Origin: Patescibacteria group bacterium
Lineage (GTDB): Bacteria; Patescibacteriota; Minisyncoccia; Phycocordibacterales; JANLHH01
Length of the DNA: 11,786 nucleotides
Reading direction: 5' to 3'
Assembly: GCA_038063375.1 (NCBI GenBank)
Contig: JBBTVG010000026.1
Location: 1 to 11,786 of the forward strand
Shown here: positions 7,739 to 11,786 of the stretch, in pieces
How the letters are laid out: each line of letters begins with the position of its first letter
Position numbering within the stretch: position 1 is the stretch's first letter
Notes under the pieces: generated by a model
What the model was told of the DNA's origin: nothing
Databases searched by the model: none
The model's input: the letters and a program-made list of their open reading frames with translations, nothing else
Translations under genes and position numbers: made by a program

Positions 7739-7780
7739 GGTTATGAAAACATTACAAATCGGGAAAATGCTTTCATAACC
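7739..7780 (+). other. Imperfect hairpin (10-bp + 4-bp stem, 12-nt loop) between the SBP gene and the first pilin gene.
   Basis: GGTTATGAAA-a-CATT (7739-7753) pairs with AATG-c-TTTCATAACC (7766-7780). No U-tract follows, so it is not a canonical intrinsic terminator. Confidence 0.35.
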
Positions 7781-7804
7781 CTCACTTACTCGAAAATAAA
7801 AAAA

Positions 7805-8188
7805 ATGATCAAAATATTTAAAAAAACGGCAGTAAGAGTTTTCTATTTTCTCGTCATAGCGATGCCTGTGGTTGTTGTTGCGGCTCCGCCACTTGTGCCG
7901 TGCGGCAATAAAGGTCAACCCACGTGCGACTTTAATCAGCTCATCGGTCTGATAAAAAATCTTATGGACTTCGCGATCATCATCGCGCCGTTTCTTGCCG
8001 CTATCGCGTTTGCGTTCGCGGGCTTCTACTACTTCACGTCGGCGGGCGATACGGGGAAGGTGGAAACGGCGCACGACATATTCAGAAATACCGCCATCGG
8101 GCTTATTATCATACTCGCGGCGTGGTTTGTGGTGAAGGTGATATTGGTCGGACTTGGCGTGACAGGTGATTTTAATTTGCTCAATTAA
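7805..8188 (+). CDS. Small secreted two-TM protein, TrbC/VirB2-like type IV secretion pilin family; paralog 1 of 5.
   Basis: Sec signal peptide, then a mature ~95-aa domain with two hydrophobic helices separated by a short charged loop (SAGDTGKVETAHD). It is homologous to the four downstream ORFs. A Cys pair (PCGNKGQPTC) lies near the mature N-terminus. Confidence 0.5.
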   Translation: MIKIFKKTAVRVFYFLVIAMPVVVVAAPPLVPCGNKGQPTCDFNQLIGLIKNLMDFAIIIAPFLAAIAFAFAGFYYFTSAGDTGKVETAHDIFRNTAIGLIIILAAWFVVKVILVGLGVTGDFNLLN

Positions 8189-8204
8189 TTTAATAATAAA
8201 AGAC

Positions 8205-8585
8205 ATGAAAAATACCGCACGGAGAATTCTCACATATATCAAATGGAACCTCGTTTCGGCGCTTCTGCTAGCCCCTCTGCATTTTATATATGCGCAGACG
8301 GGCGGTGGGAGTGCAAAGGCAACATTGCAATCTCCCCTTGGTGGTGTTGCCAACCTCAATGACCTTATTGAGAAAATTCTCAAGGTGGTGGTTGATATCG
8401 GCACGCCTATCGCCGTTTTATTCATCATCTACGCGGGATTTTTGTTTGTGACGGCGCAGGGGAATGAAACGAAAGTAACAAAAGCAAAGAATGCGTTCAC
8501 CTGGGCGATCATCGGTACTGCCGTGCTCTTGGGCGCGTGGGTTCTTGCGGTTGCCATTGAAGGTACGATAGGAAACTTGAAATAG
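8205..8585 (+). CDS. TrbC/VirB2-like pilin family protein; paralog 2 of 5. The start is the ATG at 8205 (MKNTARRIL...).
   Basis: Signal peptide ending ...HFIYA|QT, then two TM helices with the loop AQGNETKVTKAKNA. It aligns with paralog 1 (IAxLFIIYAGFxFxTAxG...A...AIIGxxxLLxAW). Confidence 0.5.
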   Translation: MKNTARRILTYIKWNLVSALLLAPLHFIYAQTGGGSAKATLQSPLGGVANLNDLIEKILKVVVDIGTPIAVLFIIYAGFLFVTAQGNETKVTKAKNAFTWAIIGTAVLLGAWVLAVAIEGTIGNLK

Positions 8586-8615
8586 ATATCCAAGAAGCGT
8601 CTCTAATATTTAATT

Positions 8616-8993
8616 ATGAAAGCATATACAATCATTCTCGTCGTCTCTTTATTTGCCCCCCTAATTGCCTTTGCCCAGCCAAGAAATTTTGCGGATTTTG
8701 CGGGTGTTATCATCAATATCGGGAACAACCTAGCCCTCCTCTTTATAACCGCCGCGTTTGCCGCGTTTTTGTGGGGGGTGGCGCGAATGGTACTGCACGC
8801 CGACAGTGCCGATGAACGCGAGAAAGGAAAGAAAACCATGACATATGGTCTCATTTCGTTGTTTATTGTATCAGCGTTATGGGGCATTATGGCGCTGACA
8901 CGCAATACGTTCTTTTTTAGCGGCGGTTCTTCCAGCGGTGGCGGTAACAGGTGCAATTCAATCTTATGTCTGGACATAGGGATAAAACTGTAA
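8616..8993 (+). CDS. TrbC/VirB2-like pilin family protein; paralog 3 of 5, with a Gly/Ser-rich, Cys-containing C-terminal tail.
   Basis: Signal peptide ...LIAFA|QP. The core AAFAAFLWGVARMVLHADSADEREKGKKTMTYGLISLFIVSALWGIMAL is conserved with paralogs 4 and 5. The tail is GGSSSGGGNRCNSILC. Confidence 0.5.
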   Translation: MKAYTIILVVSLFAPLIAFAQPRNFADFAGVIINIGNNLALLFITAAFAAFLWGVARMVLHADSADEREKGKKTMTYGLISLFIVSALWGIMALTRNTFFFSGGSSSGGGNRCNSILCLDIGIKL

Positions 8994-9136
8994 AGCAGCT
9001 AGGAACATCCGCAGTGTGTATACGGGCATAATCCACAAGGGTTGTTTGTTATTTGGGCCGGAATTGGGTATGATTACGATAGGAGAATACACGTACAAAG
9101 GTCGCTTATTTTCTGCATTTGTTTATTAAAAGAATA

Positions 9137-9144
9137 TGTATAAT
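9137..9144 (+). promoter_or_regulatory. Extended -10 promoter TGTATAAT, an internal promoter ahead of pilin paralog 4.
   Basis: TGnTATAAT at 9137-9144, 20 nt upstream of the ATG at 9165, inside the only long (171-bp) gap in the array. Confidence 0.4.
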
Positions 9145-9164
9145 TTGGTTACACAGTATCAAGC

Positions 9165-9500
9165 ATGAAAAAATTTATTCCATTGATAGCCTTCCTCGTA
9201 TTGCCATCGGTAGCATTAGCACAGACTGTTCAAACGGTTATTGCAACGGTTAGCAACATTCTTAATCTTGTTATCCCCATTGTTATTACGCTTGCGGTCA
9301 TTTACTTTTTCTGGGGCCTGGCGAAGTATATTCTGAATGCTGACAACGAAGAGGCGAGAACAGAAGGAAGGAGCATCATGATCTACGGCATTATTGCCCT
9401 TTTTGTGATGGTTTCCGTGTGGGGATTGATCGGACTTGTCGGCAATACCTTTAACGTTGGACAGGGCGGTTCCGGAAGAGGATTCATTCCGACCCTCTAA
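9165..9500 (+). CDS. TrbC/VirB2-like pilin family protein; paralog 4 of 5.
   Basis: Signal peptide ...SVALA|QT. The core LAVIYFFWGLAKYILNADNEEARTEGRSIMIYGIIALFVMVSVWGLIGL is present. The tail is Gly-rich (GQGGSGRG). Confidence 0.5.
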   Translation: MKKFIPLIAFLVLPSVALAQTVQTVIATVSNILNLVIPIVITLAVIYFFWGLAKYILNADNEEARTEGRSIMIYGIIALFVMVSVWGLIGLVGNTFNVGQGGSGRGFIPTL

Positions 9501-9512
9501 CGCGTACCCCGT

Positions 9513-9782
9513 ATGGATATTGGCGCGCTGATTGCAAAAATAGAGCAGAATATCATTCAACCGCTGATTGGTGTTCTTTTTGCGCTCGCGTTTGCGATAT
9601 TTTTGTGGGGAGTAGCGCGTTTTATCTTTCAATCAGATGATGAGAGCGCGCGCGAGCAAGGCAAACAACATATTATCTGGGGGTTGGTGGGAATGTTCAT
9701 CATGGTGTCGGTCTTTGCCATCATTCATCTTATTGTGGCAACGTTTGGCATACCTCCACCACCGAATCTGCCGATATTCTAA
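9513..9782 (+). CDS. TrbC/VirB2-like pilin family protein; paralog 5 of 5. It lacks a cleavable signal peptide and starts 12 nt after the paralog 4 stop.
   Basis: The protein begins directly with the region that is the mature domain in the other paralogs (DIGALIAKIEQNIIQPLIGVLFALAFAIFLWGVARFIFQSDDESAREQGKQHIIWGLVGMFIMVSVFAI). An in-frame stop lies 12 nt upstream, so no N-terminal extension is possible. The tail is Pro-rich. Confidence 0.45.
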   Translation: MDIGALIAKIEQNIIQPLIGVLFALAFAIFLWGVARFIFQSDDESAREQGKQHIIWGLVGMFIMVSVFAIIHLIVATFGIPPPPNLPIF

Positions 9783-9791
9783 TTCTAGAAT

Positions 9792-9826
9792 AAAAAAACC
9801 GTCCCGATCATATCGAGACGGTTTTT
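9792..9826. terminator. Bidirectional rho-independent terminator ending the pilin array.
   Basis: A7 run, then hairpin AACCGTC-cCGAT-cat-ATCGa-GACGGTT (9797-9823), then T5. Confidence 0.7.
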
Positions 9827-9846
9827 GCGGGCATCTTTGAATATTC

Positions 9847-9883
9847 CAAAAAGAAAAGGCGAGAAGATAAGTATCTTCTCGCC
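9847..9883 (-). terminator. Rho-independent terminator of the minus-strand SPFH operon.
   Basis: Perfect 11-bp stem GGCGAGAAGAT-aagt-ATCTTCTCGCC (9858-9883). On the minus strand it is followed by UUUUCUUUUU. It lies directly downstream of the stop at 9892. Confidence 0.75.
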
Positions 9884-9891
9884 TTGATTGT

Positions 9892-10629
9892 CTACATACG
9901 ACACGCACGAGCTGTTGTGCATACGTAAACCGGCTGGTCTCCACCTAAAGAACGAAAGTGTATCGTTGCCCCCTGGAGCTCCCACATCTTCTTTGATGTT
10001 ATAGGAGTGTGGTTAAAGGGTGATTGTTTAAACGCCCACACAACCGCTCCGTTTCTCCTGAACACCGCTTCCAACCCTCTTTGTTCAGGAGCATTCCAGT
10101 AGATACTCGGTCCTACGTAGATCACTTCTGTTGAGTATCTTCCGGATGGTGCGATAACTTTTATCACACCACGTGGAGTACTCACCGCCGCTGATTGCTT
10201 ACGCTTATCATCGTCCTCACCCCAGTTTATTTGTGAGATGAAGCCGGCGATAAGGACGACTGCAATGAGCAAAGAAAGGACAACAACTTGCCGTTTATTA
10301 CCCTCTTTCTTAAAAACAAGATTAAGGAGCAATAAAACGATAACAGCGATTTGTGTCCCCCAAAAGAACAGCCCCTTGCTGATCCACCATGCCCATACGC
10401 CCGGTAACACCATCCATACCACGAGATTAAACAGCAACCACCCTCCCAAAACAAGAACAAGATTTGATTGTGGTAGGGCAGAGAGGGGCTGACCTTGTTC
10501 TTTCGTCCCCTTTTTCTCATATCCCTTTTTCGGTTGGTCGCCTTCTCCTTTCTCGCGTACCGCAAGTGCTACTTTGCCAATAATGATAAGCAAGAGTGCG
10601 AACAGGAAAATAATTATTTCAATTCTCAT
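9892..10629 (-). CDS. Hypothetical polytopic membrane protein, 245 aa, with ~4 TM helices and a ~110-aa C-terminal soluble domain. It is translationally coupled to the upstream SPFH gene and may be an NfeD-like partner.
   Basis: Its ATG (10629-10627) overlaps the SPFH TGA (10628-10626) as ATGA. A Shine-Dalgarno-like AAGGGGGTG lies upstream. It has an N-terminal TM, a K/E/G-rich linker, three further hydrophobic helices and a C-terminal domain with a G-V...G...E...W.A pattern only weakly reminiscent of the NfeD OB-fold. Confidence 0.45.
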   Translation of the reverse strand: MRIEIIIFLFALLLIIIGKVALAVREKGEGDQPKKGYEKKGTKEQGQPLSALPQSNLVLVLGGWLLFNLVVWMVLPGVWAWWISKGLFFWGTQIAVIVLLLLNLVFKKEGNKRQVVVLSLLIAVVLIAGFISQINWGEDDDKRKQSAAVSTPRGVIKVIAPSGRYSTEVIYVGPSIYWNAPEQRGLEAVFRRNGAVVWAFKQSPFNHTPITSKKMWELQGATIHFRSLGGDQPVYVCTTARACRM

Positions 10630-11744
10630 GAGACACCCCCTTTTTCTTCCGTGTCTTTCAGGACACTTCCGGCGGCCTTTGCGATACCGATTAACTCCTT
10701 GAACCCATCAGTACCGATAACAACTGTCTTTTGGCCGGGATTCTGAGTAACGGCCCGTGCCGTTTCAGCTCCCAAGACCGCGGGACCCTCCAAGTTGAGT
10801 TGAGCCATCATTTTTTTGAGTCCGGTCGTTCTTCCCTTGAGAGTTTCTCTCTCCTTTGCACCCTCGCCCCTGCCTTCAAGTTCAAGTTTTTTTCTCTGTG
10901 CTTCGGCTTCGATAACAGTCGCCTTTGCTTGGAGTGTTGCTTCGGGCACCCTTAGAATGGCTACGCTGAGCTCGTGACTAAAGATGATTGATTTTACTTC
11001 CGCGATAGCGATCTCAACGCCCCATGGTCTCGAACTTTTTGTGCCGGCGACTAGATCTCGCAACTCGCCCTTCAACATTTGCCCATACTTCTCAAGGTCC
11101 TTCAGCGCAGCTGCGGGAGTAACTTTGGAAAATTCCCGCATGAGCACTGTGATCATGATGTCTTCCATTTGTCGACGCGCTTCTTCTCTGCTGCCGATTG
11201 TGGTTAAAAACTGTATGTAATCCACAATGCGCCAGCGCACGATGGGAACGACTTCAGCGGTTATTCTCACGTCCAATGGATCGTCACTTGGTCTCTCAGG
11301 ATGCCCAAAAGGGATTCTGATTGGCGGGAACATTATCCCAACCAGTTCCGGCGGTACCACCTCTGGCTCTCCCCGCTTCACTCTGTAGATATGTTGCGGA
11401 TCCGCCGGGAGTTCATCTTCTATGGTCAAACGAGTTCCCTTACTGAGCTGACAAATACCCGGTGGAATAAATACTAAGCCGGATGTAAGGTTGTTAATGG
11501 GATTTCCAAAAAAGAGTCGAGCTCCTAGTTCGGTAGGCCCAACAATCCGAAACCCCGCCACAGTATAGAGTATCTGAAACAGAAAAGTGATTAAACCCCA
11601 ATTCAATTTCGTTTCGTCAAATTGCTGTGAGTGCTCGGAGAGCACAAAATACTCTATTGCAAACAATGACACATAGACTATCGTTATCGTGATCCAAAAT
11701 GTTGTGAAATTCGCAAATTCTTTAATCTTTGCCTTTAATTCCAT
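10626..11744 (-). CDS. SPFH/Band-7 domain protein (stomatin/flotillin/HflK-C family, YqiK-like), 372 aa.
   Basis: N-terminal TM (FWITITIVYVSLFAI), an SPFH core and a C-terminal Glu/Ala/Lys/Arg-rich coiled segment (VIEAEAQRKKLELEGRGEGAKERETLKGR) typical of the family. A GGAGGTG Shine-Dalgarno lies 6 nt upstream of the ATG at 11744-11742. Confidence 0.75.
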   Translation of the reverse strand: MELKAKIKEFANFTTFWITITIVYVSLFAIEYFVLSEHSQQFDETKLNWGLITFLFQILYTVAGFRIVGPTELGARLFFGNPINNLTSGLVFIPPGICQLSKGTRLTIEDELPADPQHIYRVKRGEPEVVPPELVGIMFPPIRIPFGHPERPSDDPLDVRITAEVVPIVRWRIVDYIQFLTTIGSREEARRQMEDIMITVLMREFSKVTPAAALKDLEKYGQMLKGELRDLVAGTKSSRPWGVEIAIAEVKSIIFSHELSVAILRVPEATLQAKATVIEAEAQRKKLELEGRGEGAKERETLKGRTTGLKKMMAQLNLEGPAVLGAETARAVTQNPGQKTVVIGTDGFKELIGIAKAAGSVLKDTEEKGGVS

Positions 11745-11786
11745 GGTACACCTCCAAAATTGTCAAAAGGGGAGAGCGTGATTGCT

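Noticed and set aside
7598-8428. 276-aa minus-strand ORF spanning the SBP end and pilin paralogs 1 and 2.
   Set aside because: It is antisense to three supported genes and has Arg/His/Asp-rich low-complexity translation typical of reverse-frame artefacts.
8768-8776. G6 homopolymer in paralog 3 (and a C6T5 tract at 1394-1405) as a phase-variation slippage tract.
   Set aside because: Six nt is below the usual length of contingency-locus tracts. The 1394-1405 tract is explained as part of a terminator hairpin.
9216-9985. Minus-strand ORFs 9216..9632, 9633..9944 and 9785..9985, and plus-strand ORF 9637..9840.
   Set aside because: They are antisense to pilin paralogs 4 and 5 or overlap the two convergent terminators, and there is no coding signal.
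10227-10955. Internal and alternative-frame ORFs inside the SPFH operon (10227..10565 -, 10238..10492 +, 10495..10746 +, 10731..10955 +).
   Set aside because: They sit inside supported CDSs in other frames and have low-complexity translations.
11761-11766. Perfect TTGACA (minus-strand sense) 17 nt upstream of the SPFH start.
   Set aside because: The spacing would put the -10 on top of the RBS and start codon. The true promoter is probably beyond the window edge.
1-11786. CRISPR arrays, tRNA/rRNA genes, transposase, integrase or phage genes.
   Set aside because: There are no direct-repeat/spacer periodicity, no tRNA cloverleaf-like conserved boxes and no recognisable recombinase ORFs anywhere in the window.

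Overview
This window looks like a compact bacterial genome with short intergenic spacers, mostly weak or absent Shine-Dalgarno sequences, a short four-S1-domain rpsA and many small membrane proteins. That style suggests a reduced-genome lineage, possibly Candidate Phyla Radiation/Patescibacteria; this is inference only. Gene order by coordinate: rpsA (-) followed by csrA (-), with two bidirectional hairpin terminators and a structured SD-less rpsA leader between them; a 450-bp non-coding gap; a degenerate MBL-fold protein (+); a small one-TM protein (+); a 159-bp near-perfect inverted-repeat element; gyrA (+) with a terminator; a class I SAM-methyltransferase (+) followed after 16 nt by a membrane-anchored solute-binding protein (+); a tandem array of five paralogous small two-TM secreted proteins (+) that I read as TrbC/VirB2-like T4SS pilins; convergent terminators; and on the minus strand an SPFH/Band-7 protein translationally coupled (ATGA overlap) to a 4-TM partner. 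No rRNA, tRNA, CRISPR, transposase or integrase is recognisable. The items I would look at first are the pilin array, the inverted-repeat element upstream of gyrA, the attenuator-like rpsA leader and a GGA-dense hairpin locus next to csrA. All homology calls are by-eye motif recognition; no searches were run.
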